A DNA stretch of 64,000 nt from Christensenellaceae bacterium. Its GTDB lineage: Bacteria > Bacillota > Clostridia > Christensenellales > UBA1750. The translations under genes were made by a program, and so were the position numbers. Positions 9,736 to 19,485 of this stretch are shown one piece after another. The DNA lies in assembly GCA_031280685.1 (NCBI GenBank), contig JAITGM010000022.1, forward strand, positions 1,656 through 65,655, written 5' to 3'. Below the pieces are notes generated by a model. The model did not search any database. It saw nothing but the letters and a program-made list of their open reading frames with translations, and was not told the origin of the DNA. Position 1 is the first letter of the stretch, and every line of letters starts with the position of its first letter.

Positions 9736-10896
9736 ATGACCATGGCGTTTGATTTCGACAAGCCAATCGACCGGAGCGCGACGCGCAGCGGCAAGTGGGC
9801 CGACCCGGAGCTGCTGCCCCTTTGGGTGGCGGATATGGACTTTGAAAGCCCGCCCGTGGTGCAGGAGGCGATCGCGGCGCGCGCCGCGCACAACCTCTAT
9901 GGCTACGACCGCCTGCCCGAGAACTACTTCCCCGCGCTGCAGGGCTGGTTCAAGGCCCGCCAGGGCTACGAACTAAAGGAGGATTGGCTGATCGCCACCT
10001 CGGGGGTGGTGAACGCGCTGCACCTGGCCGTGCAGGCGCTTTCGCTGCCCGGCGACGAGGTCGTCATCCAGCCGCCGGTCTACCATCCCTTCCCCCGCGC
10101 GATTCTAAACAGCGGCCGCCAGCTCGTCACCAGCCCGCTTCGGCGCGTTGAGAGCCGCTACGAGATCGACTTTGACGACCTCGAAGCCAAGTTCGCGCGC
10201 CGCAGGGTGAAGCTCTTCATTCTTTGCAACCCGCACAACCCAATCGGCAAGGTCTATAGCCGCCAAGAGCTTAAGACCATCGGCGAATTGGCCCTCAAGC
10301 ACGGCGTCGTCGTTGTTTCCGACGAGATCCACGGCGATCTCATCCTGCCCGGCCACGAGTTCACGCCCTTCGCCTCACTCGGCGGCGAGCATCTCAACAA
10401 TTCCGTGATCGCCACCGCCCCGAGCAAGACCTTTAACCTCGCGGGCCTTGGCACCTCGAATATCTTCATCGCAAACCCGGGTCTGCGGGACCAATTCGCT
10501 CGCTTTGGCGAAGGGCTGGGCCTGCACGGCGGTTCGCTCTATGGCTTCATCGCCTGCGAGGCAGCCTACCGTGCCGGCGGGCCCTGGCTAGATGAGCTGC
10601 TGGCCTATTTGCAGGGCAACGCCCAGCTCGTGCAGGGCTTTTTCAAGGCTGAGCTTCCCGAAATCAAGGCGGACGAATTGCAGGGCAGCTACCTGCAGTG
10701 GGTCGATTTCAGCGCCCTTGGGCTGGATGACGAGGCCCTGGAAGCCTTGATGCGCGAGCGGGCGAAACTCTGGGTTTCGCCTGGCATCCAGTTCGGCGAA
10801 GGCGGCTCGGGCTTTCTCCGCCTGAACCTGGCCACCCAAAGGTCGAGGCTCCAAACCGCTCTTGAGCGCATCAAGGCCGCGGTGCGCGGGCAATGA
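9736..10896 (+). CDS. MalY/PatB family PLP-dependent C-S lyase (cystathionine beta-lyase-like)
   Basis: LPLWVADMDF, LCNPHNPIG, VSDEIHGD, APSKTFNLAGL, GFLRLNLA. Confidence 0.9.
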   Translation: MTMAFDFDKPIDRSATRSGKWADPELLPLWVADMDFESPPVVQEAIAARAAHNLYGYDRLPENYFPALQGWFKARQGYELKEDWLIATSGVVNALHLAVQALSLPGDEVVIQPPVYHPFPRAILNSGRQLVTSPLRRVESRYEIDFDDLEAKFARRRVKLFILCNPHNPIGKVYSRQELKTIGELALKHGVVVVSDEIHGDLILPGHEFTPFASLGGEHLNNSVIATAPSKTFNLAGLGTSNIFIANPGLRDQFARFGEGLGLHGGSLYGFIACEAAYRAGGPWLDELLAYLQGNAQLVQGFFKAELPEIKADELQGSYLQWVDFSALGLDDEALEALMRERAKLWVSPGIQFGEGGSGFLRLNLATQRSRLQTALERIKAAVRGQ

Positions 10897-11310
10897 TTGG
10901 CTTGGCGCGCTGCGAAGCTGCCGATTGCGGCAGGCTCGCGCTGATGAACCGCCAGCTCATCCAGGATGAGGGCAGCCCAAATCCCATGAGCGCCGAGGAA
11001 TTGGCCCAGCGCATGCAGGGCTTTCTTCAAGGCGAATAGCGCGTTTTTCTTCGAAGACGAGGGGAAAATCATAGGCTACGCCCTGCTGCGCCTCAATGAA
11101 GCGCCTCCCTACCTGCGGCAGTTCTTCATCTGCCGCGAGCGGCGCCGCGAGGGGCTAAGGCGCGCAGCCTTCGGCGCGTTGCTTCGGGAGCTTTCGCTCA
11201 CTTCGCTGCAGCTCGAGGTGCTCGAAGGCAACGCGCGCGGCCTAGCCTTTTGGCAAGCCATGGGCTTTGAGGGCTATAGCCGCAGCCTGCGCCTTTCCGG
11301 GCGGAGATAG
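10893..11310 (+). pseudogene. Frameshifted GNAT family N-acetyltransferase
   Basis: ATGA overlap with the PatB-like stop. Frame 1 reads MIGL..MNRQLIQDEGSPNPMS..GE then TAG at 11037-11039. The GNAT sequence resumes in a shifted frame (AFFFEDEGKIIGYAL..YLRQFFICRERRREGL..LEVLEGNARGLAFWQAMGF) to TAG at 11310. Confidence 0.8.
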
Positions 11311-11352
11311 CGCCGGCGCTCGGCGAATCGCCGCCTAAAACGGGCTGCCTGC

Positions 11353-11385
11353 CCCTGAGGGAGTGCGAGGGAGTTGCTCCCTCGC
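11353..11385 (+). repeat. Dispersed hairpin repeat (GTTGC loop), copy 1
   Basis: CCCTGAGGGAGT-GCGAGGGA-GTTGC-TCCCTCGC; related copy on the minus strand at 40682-40714. Confidence 0.6.
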
Positions 11386-11455
11386 CCTTGGCGCGAAGGC
11401 AAAGCCCTGAGCGCCTTCATTCAAGGGCATTCCGCTTGCGAAATGCCTTCCACGG

Positions 11456-11502
11456 ACTTAAAAGAGCCCGGCCGAGCTTCGCTCGGCCGGGCTCTTTTAA
11501 GT
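11456..11502. terminator. Bidirectional intrinsic terminator between convergent units
   Basis: 22-bp perfect stem ACTTAAAAGAGCCCGGCCGAGC / GCTCGGCCGGGCTCTTTTAAGT with a TTC loop. Confidence 0.85.
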
Positions 11503-11519
11503 GATTTCTCAGGGTTCGG

Positions 11520-12536
11520 TTAGCCCAAGGCGATGGCCTTGTTGCGCACGATGTCGAAGCGCTCGCGGCCAAGATCCGGGGGTACGGTGCAGTCCGCTCC
11601 CAAGATGACGCCGATTTTGCCCGCGTCAGAAAGGATTTTTTCCACTTCGGCTTCGATTTCGGCTCGGCCCCCCTTGTGAAGGAGCTTGCCCGCGCGGTTG
11701 TCGAACCCGCCAATGACCGCCTTGCCGCCAAAGAGCGCCTTCCCTTCGGCCAGGGAAACCCCTTCGATGGCCGTAGCCCAGTTGACCGCCTTGGCGTCGT
11801 AGTCCTTCCAAATGCTCAGGTCGTTCTTGTTGTCGCCATAGCCGCAGCAATGCAGGATGTTATTGGGCGTGAGCGCGTTCGCGGCGGCCAGAACCGCCTT
11901 GTCGCTCGGGGCGATAAACTCGGAGTAATCGGCCGGAGAAATGTGGTTTTCGGGGTTTTGCACGCTCAAATAGATGCCGTCGGCTCCGCCCTCTTCGATG
12001 GCGAGCCTAGCCAGCAGCGAAAGATCCTCCGCGATGACGCCCGCGGCGAAGGCCACGGCAGCCTTATCCTCATTCCAGATGCGGAAAAAAGGCTCGTAGC
12101 CGATGTTGATGCGCAGGATATTCGCGGGGGCGAAAAGATTATAAAAGCAGCAAGCGCCGTCAAGCTTTTCGACCACGCTCTTGACGATTTTGACCTGATC
12201 GCGGATCCAAGGGTGATCGGCGCCGACCGGCTTGAAGCGATAGAGGTCGGCCGCGGTTTGGGGGGCGATCTCGCTCACCCTCGGGTAAAGAAAGTAGCCG
12301 TCAGACATGATCTTGACGAAATCAGGCTCAAAGTCCCCGATATATTTTTGGTGCGCGCTGATGTTTTGCTCCAAAAGGCGGAGCTGCGGGTGCGTCAGCG
12401 CCTGGCTTAATTCTTCTTCGCCAAGAAAATGGAACCAAAAACCAACGGGAACCCGATCTACGGCCTGGTTGTTGAAGGCTTTGAGCACGCGCTCGCGCTT
12501 CGTCATCGCGTTCATATTGAGCCACTCCTTGTCCAA
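11520..12536 (-). CDS. Uroporphyrinogen decarboxylase / MtaA-CmuA-like family protein
   Basis: KRERVLKAF..VDRVPVGFWFHF N-terminus, ILHCCG, ILGADCTVP (His-x-Cys..Cys metal motif). The true start may be a downstream Met. Confidence 0.85.
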   Translation of the reverse strand: MDKEWLNMNAMTKRERVLKAFNNQAVDRVPVGFWFHFLGEEELSQALTHPQLRLLEQNISAHQKYIGDFEPDFVKIMSDGYFLYPRVSEIAPQTAADLYRFKPVGADHPWIRDQVKIVKSVVEKLDGACCFYNLFAPANILRINIGYEPFFRIWNEDKAAVAFAAGVIAEDLSLLARLAIEEGGADGIYLSVQNPENHISPADYSEFIAPSDKAVLAAANALTPNNILHCCGYGDNKNDLSIWKDYDAKAVNWATAIEGVSLAEGKALFGGKAVIGGFDNRAGKLLHKGGRAEIEAEVEKILSDAGKIGVILGADCTVPPDLGRERFDIVRNKAIALG

Positions 12537-12581
12537 TCCATATTGTTATTGAAGAGATTCGTCAAGGAGGCGGCGTTTCCT

Positions 12582-12803
12582 TCATTTTTTCGCCGAAAAG
12601 CCAAGAAAATAATCCGTAGAAACCTTATAGCATCTACAGAGCGTGACCAAATGGCGGAGCGGCAGCTCGTTTACGCCGCGCTCGTAGCGAGCGTACATCG
12701 TCTGGGAGGTGCCCAGCAAGCGCGCGACCTGGGCCTGGGTCATGTCGTGGTCCTCACGAAGGTCGCGCATTCGCTTGAGGTAGTCGAGAGCGTCAAGGCG
12801 CAT
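12582..12803 (-). CDS. XRE family helix-turn-helix transcriptional regulator
   Basis: RMRDLREDHDMTQAQVARLLGTSQTMYARYERG..YKVSTDYFLG. Confidence 0.88.
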   Translation of the reverse strand: MRLDALDYLKRMRDLREDHDMTQAQVARLLGTSQTMYARYERGVNELPLRHLVTLCRCYKVSTDYFLGFSAKK

Positions 12804-12965
12804 GCTTTTCCCACCTTAAAAAAGATTGTCTAACTCTATTTTAGGGAGGAAACGCCGTTTTTATGAGAAAAGGGAAAGATATTTACTGCAATGAAGAATT
12901 CCTCGTCCTTTCAGAGAGGATTTCGACGATAAGAGCCACAAAAAAAGCATAAAGGCGAAGGGAAT

Positions 12966-13007
12966 AAAAAGGCGCCGCTTCCCGGCAACGGGGAGCGGCG
13001 CCCTTTC
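12966..13007 (-). terminator. Intrinsic terminator of the RraA-family gene
   Basis: Minus strand GGCGCCGCTCCCG-TTGC-CGGGAAGCGGCGCC followed by a T-run. Confidence 0.75.
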
Positions 13008-13025
13008 CAAAAGTGACCCGGGCAA

Positions 13026-13955
13026 TTAAATGACGACGTAATCGCCATTGTTCTTGGCAGCGGAATTTTCCGCCCACCACTTCTCGATGCGCTCGCGGTC
13101 CTCTTCGAAAGTGAGGTATTGGAAATTCTTCGTGCTCGGCGCGGTCTTGAACCAGTTGAGGAAGTCCTCGAAAATGTCTTTGCGCCAGACGGAGTGCACC
13201 TCGTGGATGCGGTAGGTGCCCTCATCGAGGCGCTGGAAGCAGAACTCATCCTTGAAGTGGGTCTTTTCGCCCTCGGCGACGACTTCTTCTGCGATGTGCG
13301 GCGGGATGAACAGCACGCCCTGCGCGGTGGCATAGACCACATCGCCGGGCAGGCAGGTCGCGTCGCCCACGCGCACGGGGCCGTTCACGGTGGAAAGCGT
13401 CACGTCGCGGATGCCGGAAGCGTCGTCATCGACATAATAGATCTGCAGCTCGTCCAGCTCGCGGATCTGGCCCACGTCGCGGATGCCGCCCCAGACGACC
13501 AGCCCGCCGCCTTTGGTGTTGTAGGCCACCGCCTTGGCGAGGTTGCCGCCCACGAAGGTGCCCTCTTTAATCTTGCCAAAAAGGTCGATCACGCCCACGT
13601 CGCCTGGCTGCAGGGCATCGACCACCCACTGGTTCTGGCCCGCCTTAAAGCCCATCTTCGTGCCGTAATCCATGATGACCTGATTATAATCCTGGCGCGT
13701 CGGCAGCATGGCGCAGGTATAGGCGCGGCCAACGAGGATCTCTTTTTCGGGCTGCATATGGGTGCGCTTGAGGCCCATCTGGTAGGTCTTGGGGTAGCCA
13801 TACTTCATGTTCATCGGGTCCCAGGCTTCTTCCAGGATGATGTGGCGGAAGCGCTCGAGAATCGCGTCGGATACCTTGGGGCGGCCGTCGTCGAAACGCT
13901 CCCCCTTCCAAAGCGGGGTCAGGGCGATGACTTGTTCCTTCGTGTAGAAATTCAT
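13026..13955 (-). CDS. RraA family protein (HMG/CHA aldolase-like)
   Basis: GERFDDGRPKVSD, GTFVGGNLA, VVWGGIRD, ATCLPGDVV, GVLFIPPH. GGGAGG RBS fixes the start at 13955; the ORF extension to 14357 looks spurious. Confidence 0.85.
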   Translation of the reverse strand: MNFYTKEQVIALTPLWKGERFDDGRPKVSDAILERFRHIILEEAWDPMNMKYGYPKTYQMGLKRTHMQPEKEILVGRAYTCAMLPTRQDYNQVIMDYGTKMGFKAGQNQWVVDALQPGDVGVIDLFGKIKEGTFVGGNLAKAVAYNTKGGGLVVWGGIRDVGQIRELDELQIYYVDDDASGIRDVTLSTVNGPVRVGDATCLPGDVVYATAQGVLFIPPHIAEEVVAEGEKTHFKDEFCFQRLDEGTYRIHEVHSVWRKDIFEDFLNWFKTAPSTKNFQYLTFEEDRERIEKWWAENSAAKNNGDYVVI

Positions 13956-14430
13956 GGTCTTTGCCTCCCTGTTTTCGGCGGGCACAGGCCCGCTTCTATT
14001 GCCTCCATCATAGACCATTCTTTCCGAAAAAGCAATCTTCGTAAAAAGGATTGTTTCATCGATTTCATCAGGCGAAATTCGGGGATTTTTTACACGCAGG
14101 GGCTGCCTTGCCAAGGCCGCGATCACAGCGCGGCCAGCTTTGCCCGCAAAGCCCTCAAGGGCGTTCGCGTCCTGGGTGTTGTGCCGGGCGCAAAGCGCCG
14201 CAATCCCTTCGTTGCCGCGCGGCAAGGGCCTTGCCCTCGTCTTTACCCCCTCCCCCTTTTTTTCGCCCATAATACAATTCAGCATGCCCTTTTGCCGGGC
14301 GTTTTTTGGGGTAAGGAAGTTAAAAAATGTGGCGCGCGGGCTTTCCTCGCCCGCCATCGCTTCCCTTTTTGGGGGCGAAAGCTTATAATAGGCTTGGCAT
14401 GGGCCGCAACCATGGGCTGGAGGGCAAAAA

Positions 14431-15153
14431 ATGGAGTTTCAGGGCTTCCCCACAGCGATGTTCGAGTTCTTCATGGCGATTTCGTTCAACAACAACGTCG
14501 AATTCTTCGAGGCGAACCGCGAGCGCTACGAAAGCGACGTCAAGCGCCCGCTCTATGCCTTCGCCGAGGGCTTGGCGCCCGCCGCGCGGGCAGTGGACGC
14601 GGACATGGAGCTGAGGCCTTCGAAGGCCGTTTCAAGGCTGCGGCGCGATACGAGGTTTACCCGCGACAAGCTCCCCTACCGCGACCACATGTGGATTGGC
14701 TTCCGCAGGCAGGGCAACCCGAAGGGCGAGTGCTTCTCGCTCTATTTCGAGATCGGCTGCGGAGCGCTGCGCTATGGCGCCGGCTGGTATGACGATGACG
14801 CGCGCCGGGCCAAGGCCCTGCGGGCCGCCATCACGCGCAGGCAAAGGGACTTTCAGGCGATCGCCGAAGACCCCGCGCTGACCGGCGAATTTACGCTGAA
14901 AACCAGCCCCTATAAGCGCATCGAGCTGCCAAACGGGCTGCCGCAAAGCCTCATCCCTTATTACACGGCCAAGGGCTTCTATTTTGAGCACGAGGAAAAG
15001 ACCGGCGCGCAGGCGCTGCGCCCCGCGCTCCTTGACCAGGTTTCGAAGGGCTTCCTCGCGCTGAAGCCCGTCTATCAATTCATGTTGGAAGAAACATGGA
15101 AGCTCGGCGAGGAGCCGGAGCGCGAAAAGAGCAGGTGGGAGGGCTTCTTTTGA
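14431..15153 (+). CDS. DUF2461 family protein
   Basis: FNNNVEFFEANRERYE and SRLRRDTRFTRDKLPYR signature. Confidence 0.85.
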   Translation: MEFQGFPTAMFEFFMAISFNNNVEFFEANRERYESDVKRPLYAFAEGLAPAARAVDADMELRPSKAVSRLRRDTRFTRDKLPYRDHMWIGFRRQGNPKGECFSLYFEIGCGALRYGAGWYDDDARRAKALRAAITRRQRDFQAIAEDPALTGEFTLKTSPYKRIELPNGLPQSLIPYYTAKGFYFEHEEKTGAQALRPALLDQVSKGFLALKPVYQFMLEETWKLGEEPEREKSRWEGFF

Positions 15154-16607
15154 GCGAATATTTGGGCCTTTTAAGCGGGAGCGACATCCGCGGAACGGCG
15201 ATTGACCTGGGTGCCGGCGTCGATTTGACGCCCGAAATCGCGGCGATGGCTGCTGCGGCCTTTGCGCGCAGGCTCAAGGCCGGCGGCTGCGCAAACCCCG
15301 CCGTTGCGCTGGGGCGCGACCCGCGGCTTTCGGGCCCGGCGCTGCTCGAGGGCGCTGCGCGGGGCCTTTTGAGCGAGGGCGCGGCCGTGCTGGATCTCGG
15401 CCTTTCGACCACGCCGGCCCTGTTCATGGCCACGCAAGATCTCTCTGCGGACGGCTCCATCATGGTGACGGCCAGCCATCTGCCCTATGAGCGCAACGGC
15501 TTAAAATTCATCACGAAGGGCGGCGGGCTGCCCTCCTCGGCGGTTAAAGCGCTGCTTTGCGATCTGCGGCCGCTTCAACAAGGAAAAATCGATGAAAATC
15601 AGCGTAAAACCGTCGCTTTTCTGCCGCTTTATGCCCAGGGCCTGCTCGACTATATCCGCGCCGAAACCGGCGAGGCCCAGCCGCTGCGCGGCAGACGCAT
15701 CGTGCTCGATGCGGGCAACGGCTCCGGCGGGTTTTTCGCCGAATCCGTTCTAAAGCCCCTCGGCGCCGACATCACGGGCAGCGTAAACCTGCGGCCCGAC
15801 GGCAGCTTCCCGGCCCACAGCCCCAACCCGGAGGATGGCGCCGCCATGGCGGCAGCCGGGCGGGCAGTGCTCGAAGCCAGGGCTGACCTTGGCGTGATTT
15901 TCGACGCGGACTGTGACCGCGCGGCCCTCATCGGCCCCGACGGCGCGCCCGTGAACCGCAACCGGCTCGTGGCGCTGGTCGCCGCCGCCGAGCTGCAAAG
16001 AAACCCCGGCGCCGCCATCGTGACCGACTCCGTGACCAGCCTTGGCCTGACCGCCTTCATCGAAAGCCTGGGCGGCGTGCACCGCCGCTTCAAGCGGGGC
16101 TACAACAACGTCATCGGCGAAGCCCGGCGGCTGAACGAGAGCGGCGTCAACTGCCCGATGGCGATGGAAACCTCGGGGCACTGCGCCTTCCGCGACCATT
16201 TCTTCCTCGACGATGGCGCCTTCATGGTCTGCCGGGCGCTGGCGGCGCTGAACGGCAGAAGGCCCATGGACCTCATTTCCGGCCTGCAAGAGCCCCTGGA
16301 AGAGGGCGAGTTCCGCCTAAGGCTCAAAAACGCGGACTTCCGCGCGGACGGGCAGGCGGCCATCGGCCTTCTTCGCGCCGCCATCGGCCGGGGCGAGTTT
16401 TTGCCCGATGAGGACTTTGAGGGCGTGCGCGCGCTCGACGGGCAGGGCGGCTACATCCTCCTGCGGCTCTCGCTGCACGACCCCGTTCTGCCCGTGAATC
16501 TCGAATCCGCGCAAAAGGGCGGCCTAAATCGCCTAAAAGCGCGCCTTTTCGATCTGCTAAGGCCCCTGGAGGGTGCGATCGGTCTTGAGCCTCTAAGCAA
16601 AGAGTAA
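15150..16607 (+). CDS. Phosphoglucomutase/phosphomannomutase family protein
   Basis: [12 protein letters not shown] (phospho-Ser), DADCDR (metal loop), ETSGH. TTG start overlaps the DUF2461 stop and has a GGGAGG RBS. Confidence 0.9.
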   Translation: MSEYLGLLSGSDIRGTAIDLGAGVDLTPEIAAMAAAAFARRLKAGGCANPAVALGRDPRLSGPALLEGAARGLLSEGAAVLDLGLSTTPALFMATQDLSADGSIMVTASHLPYERNGLKFITKGGGLPSSAVKALLCDLRPLQQGKIDENQRKTVAFLPLYAQGLLDYIRAETGEAQPLRGRRIVLDAGNGSGGFFAESVLKPLGADITGSVNLRPDGSFPAHSPNPEDGAAMAAAGRAVLEARADLGVIFDADCDRAALIGPDGAPVNRNRLVALVAAAELQRNPGAAIVTDSVTSLGLTAFIESLGGVHRRFKRGYNNVIGEARRLNESGVNCPMAMETSGHCAFRDHFFLDDGAFMVCRALAALNGRRPMDLISGLQEPLEEGEFRLRLKNADFRADGQAAIGLLRAAIGRGEFLPDEDFEGVRALDGQGGYILLRLSLHDPVLPVNLESAQKGGLNRLKARLFDLLRPLEGAIGLEPLSKE

Positions 16608-16633
16608 CGAATCAAGATATGGAGGGATCCACC

Positions 16634-18610
16634 ATGAAGCAAAACGAGCAAGCATTCATCAACGCCATCCGCAGCCTGTCGGCAGACGCGATCGAAAAGG
16701 CCAAATCCGGCCACCCCGGCACGCCGCTGGGCGCCGCGCCCCTGGCCTACGTCCTGTATGGCCGGGCGATGCGCCATAACCCCTTTGACGCGAACTGGCC
16801 CAATCGCGACCGCTTCGTGCTCTCGGCCGGGCACGCCTCGATGCTGCTCTACAGCCTCAACCATCTTTTGGGCTATGGCCTTTCGATGGATGACATCAAG
16901 GCCTTCCGCCAATGGGGTTCACTGACCCCCGGCCACCCGGAATACGGCCACACGCCCTTCGTGGAGATCACCACCGGGCCGCTCGGGCAGGGCATCGCCA
17001 ACGCGGCGGGCATGGCGATGGCCGAAAAGCTGCTGGCCAAGAAGTTCAACCGCGAAGGCTTTGCCATCGTAGATCATTACAGCTTCGTGCTCATGGGCGA
17101 CGGCTGCATTATGGAGGGCATCTCGGGCGAAGCTTCGTCTTTGGCCGCGACCTTGGGCCTTTCCAAGCTCATCGCGATCTATGACCAAAACGCGGTTTCC
17201 ATCGAGGGCGGGATCGACATCGCCATGGCGGAAAGCGTCGCCAAGCGCTACGAGGCCTACGGCTGGCAGGTGCAGGAATTGCCCGACGGCAACGATGTGG
17301 ACACCCTCGCCGCGGCCCTTGAAAGTGCCAAGGCAGACCCGCGGCCCTCGCTGATCATCGCGCACACCAAAATCGGCGCGTTTTCGCCTAAAGAAGGCTC
17401 AGAAAGCTCCCACGGCGCGCCGCTGGGCGAGGAAAACGTGCGCAAGATGAAGGAAGCGCTGGGCCTGAACCCAGACGAGCACTTTTCCGTGCCCGAGGAG
17501 GCCTACGCCCTGGGCCGCGAGATCGCCCAAAAGGGCGCGGCCGCGCAAAAAGAATGGGAAACCCTTCTGGGCGCCTACGCAAAACAATACCCGGAGCTTT
17601 ACGCAGAATACCAGGCCTGGATGAAGGGTTTTTCGCCGGATCTCCTCCATGACGAAACCTTCTTCGACTTCGACAAGCCCGATTCTACCCGCAGCGCCTC
17701 AAACAAGCTGCTGGGCAGGCTCGCCGAGCGCGTGCCCAACCTCATCGGCGGCTCAGCCGACCTGGCACCCTCGAATATGTCTTACCTCGAGGGGCGCGGG
17801 GACTTTTCGGCCCAAAATCCGCTGGGCATGAACCTGCACTTCGGCGTGCGCGAGCAGGCCATGGCCGCAATCGTTAACGGAATGCAGGCGCATGGCGGCC
17901 TGCAGACCTATTGCGCCACCTTCCTGGTCTTTTCTGACTATTTAAAGGCCGGCATCCGGCTTTCCGCCCTGATGAAGCTGCCCGTGCTCTATGTGCTCAC
18001 CCACGATTCCATCGGCGTGGGCGAGGATGGGCCGACCCACCAGCCCATCGAGCACCTGGCGGCATTGCGCTCAATGCCCGGGGTCACGCTCTTCCGCCCG
18101 GCGGACTGCCGCGAAACCGCGGCCGCCTACGCGCTTTCGCTGACGCGCAAGGGTCCGACCTGCCTTGCGCTCTCTCGCCAAACCCTGCCCCTCTATGAGG
18201 GCAGCGGGAAGGGGGCGCTCAAGGGCGGCTATGTGCTTATTGAGAGCGGCAAGCAAGTGCCCGATCTCATCCTGCTGGCCTCGGGTTCCGAGGTGGAGCT
18301 GATCGTCAAGGCCCGCGAGTTGCTGCTCAAGGAAGGCATCGACGCGCGCGTGGTTTCGATGCCCTCCTTCGAGCTCTTTGAGGAGCAGAGCGAGAGCTAC
18401 AAAGAGAGCGTTCTGCCCAAGGGCCTGCGCGCCCGCGTGGCCGTGGAGGCGGCGACCGGCTTTGGCTGGCACAAATACGCAGGGCTTGACGGCGCCCTGG
18501 TCACCATCGACCATTTTGGCGCTTCCGCCCCGGCAGGCAGGCTGTTTGAGGAGTTCGGCATGACCGCGGACGCGGTCGTGAAGGCCGCCAAGGGCGTTTT
18601 GAAGGGCTAA
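16634..18610 (+). CDS. tkt: Transketolase
   Basis: [53 protein letters not shown]. Confidence 0.97.
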   Translation: MKQNEQAFINAIRSLSADAIEKAKSGHPGTPLGAAPLAYVLYGRAMRHNPFDANWPNRDRFVLSAGHASMLLYSLNHLLGYGLSMDDIKAFRQWGSLTPGHPEYGHTPFVEITTGPLGQGIANAAGMAMAEKLLAKKFNREGFAIVDHYSFVLMGDGCIMEGISGEASSLAATLGLSKLIAIYDQNAVSIEGGIDIAMAESVAKRYEAYGWQVQELPDGNDVDTLAAALESAKADPRPSLIIAHTKIGAFSPKEGSESSHGAPLGEENVRKMKEALGLNPDEHFSVPEEAYALGREIAQKGAAAQKEWETLLGAYAKQYPELYAEYQAWMKGFSPDLLHDETFFDFDKPDSTRSASNKLLGRLAERVPNLIGGSADLAPSNMSYLEGRGDFSAQNPLGMNLHFGVREQAMAAIVNGMQAHGGLQTYCATFLVFSDYLKAGIRLSALMKLPVLYVLTHDSIGVGEDGPTHQPIEHLAALRSMPGVTLFRPADCRETAAAYALSLTRKGPTCLALSRQTLPLYEGSGKGALKGGYVLIESGKQVPDLILLASGSEVELIVKARELLLKEGIDARVVSMPSFELFEEQSESYKESVLPKGLRARVAVEAATGFGWHKYAGLDGALVTIDHFGASAPAGRLFEEFGMTADAVVKAAKGVLKG

Positions 18611-18648
18611 ACGAAAAAGCGCACGCCGTCTTCGCGAAAAACGCAGGA

Positions 18649-18847
18649 GGCGCGCTCGCTCCGCTCGCGCGCCGGGGGGCCAGCTCCGCGCTGCGCGCGG
18701 CCTGCCGCTGCGCGGCAGCGGCAGCTTCGCTGCCGGCTGGCCCCACGAGCTGCAGGCCGTGCTGACTGCGCTGGCGCCTCCCCGTTGCCGCCCGCCGGAA
18801 GAGGGACGGCACGCTGGATTGCTTCGGGTTCCCCTCGCAGTAGCGGG
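18649..18847 (+). repeat. Composite dispersed intergenic repeat, copy A
   Basis: 23-bp block GGCGCGCTCGCTCCGCTCGCGCG (18649-18671) is identical to the reverse complement of 33346-33368; block 18812-18847 is near-identical to the reverse complement of 33219-33253. Confidence 0.75.
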
Positions 18848-18910
18848 CAGGATGGAACAAGCTCCGTCGCACACAAGGAGGGCGCCTGCGGGTTTTAGGA
18901 GGAATCTACA

Positions 18911-19279
18911 TTGAACATGCTGATTTTGGGCTTCGCGCTGGACTGCGCCGACGCGGACGCCCTCGCGGACTTTTACGCGAGACTCTTAGGCACTGAAAAA
19001 ACGCTTTCGGGCGGCGGCTGGGCGGGGATTCATTGCCCGCAGGGCTTCATCTTGGCTTTTCAGACGGTTGAAGGCTATATTCCCCCGGTCTGGCCCTGGG
19101 CCGAAGGGGAACAGCAGCAGATGGCGCACATCGACTTCTTCGTCGAGGATCTGCAAGCTGCGGTGGAGCACGCCGTCGCTTGCGGCGCAAAAAAGGCGGG
19201 AGCGCAGTATTTCGAAGAGTCCACCGTGATGCTCGACCCGGCCGGCCACCCCTTCTGCCTCTCTACCACGAAGCAATAG
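18911..19279 (+). CDS. VOC/glyoxalase family protein
   Basis: LDCADADALADFYARLLG, QQMAHIDFFV, VMLDPAGHPFCL; AGGAGG RBS. Confidence 0.9.
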   Translation: MNMLILGFALDCADADALADFYARLLGTEKTLSGGGWAGIHCPQGFILAFQTVEGYIPPVWPWAEGEQQQMAHIDFFVEDLQAAVEHAVACGAKKAGAQYFEESTVMLDPAGHPFCLSTTKQ

Positions 19280-19321
19280 CGGCCTTGGAATCCCCAGCAG
19301 GCGGGTTAAGGGCTAAACAGC

Positions 19322-19362
19322 AAAACGCCCCCGGCGCCGATCGGCGCCGGGGGCGTTTTTTT
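19322..19362. terminator. Bidirectional terminator; perfect 38-bp palindrome
   Basis: AAAACGCCCCCGGCGCCGA|TCGGCGCCGGGGGCGTTTT (19322-19359) followed by further T residues. Confidence 0.8.
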
Positions 19363-19485
19363 CGCGGCCGTCGGCCTGGCCGCGCCCGCTTTGGCAAAAG
19401 GGATTGCCGCGCCGTGCCAGGGCCGCTGTTACAAAAAAAGGCCGCCCACTTAGGCCCGGGGGGCAAGCCGCGCAAAGTGCTGGGG

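Noticed and set aside
11037-11039. In-frame TAG in the GNAT gene as possible pyrrolysine recoding
   Set aside because: Read-through gives non-homologous sequence; the family sequence continues only in a shifted frame, and no pyl genes are visible
13119-14792. 557-aa ORF on the + strand
   Set aside because: Antisense shadow of the RraA gene that also overlaps DUF2461 out of frame; no recognisable motifs
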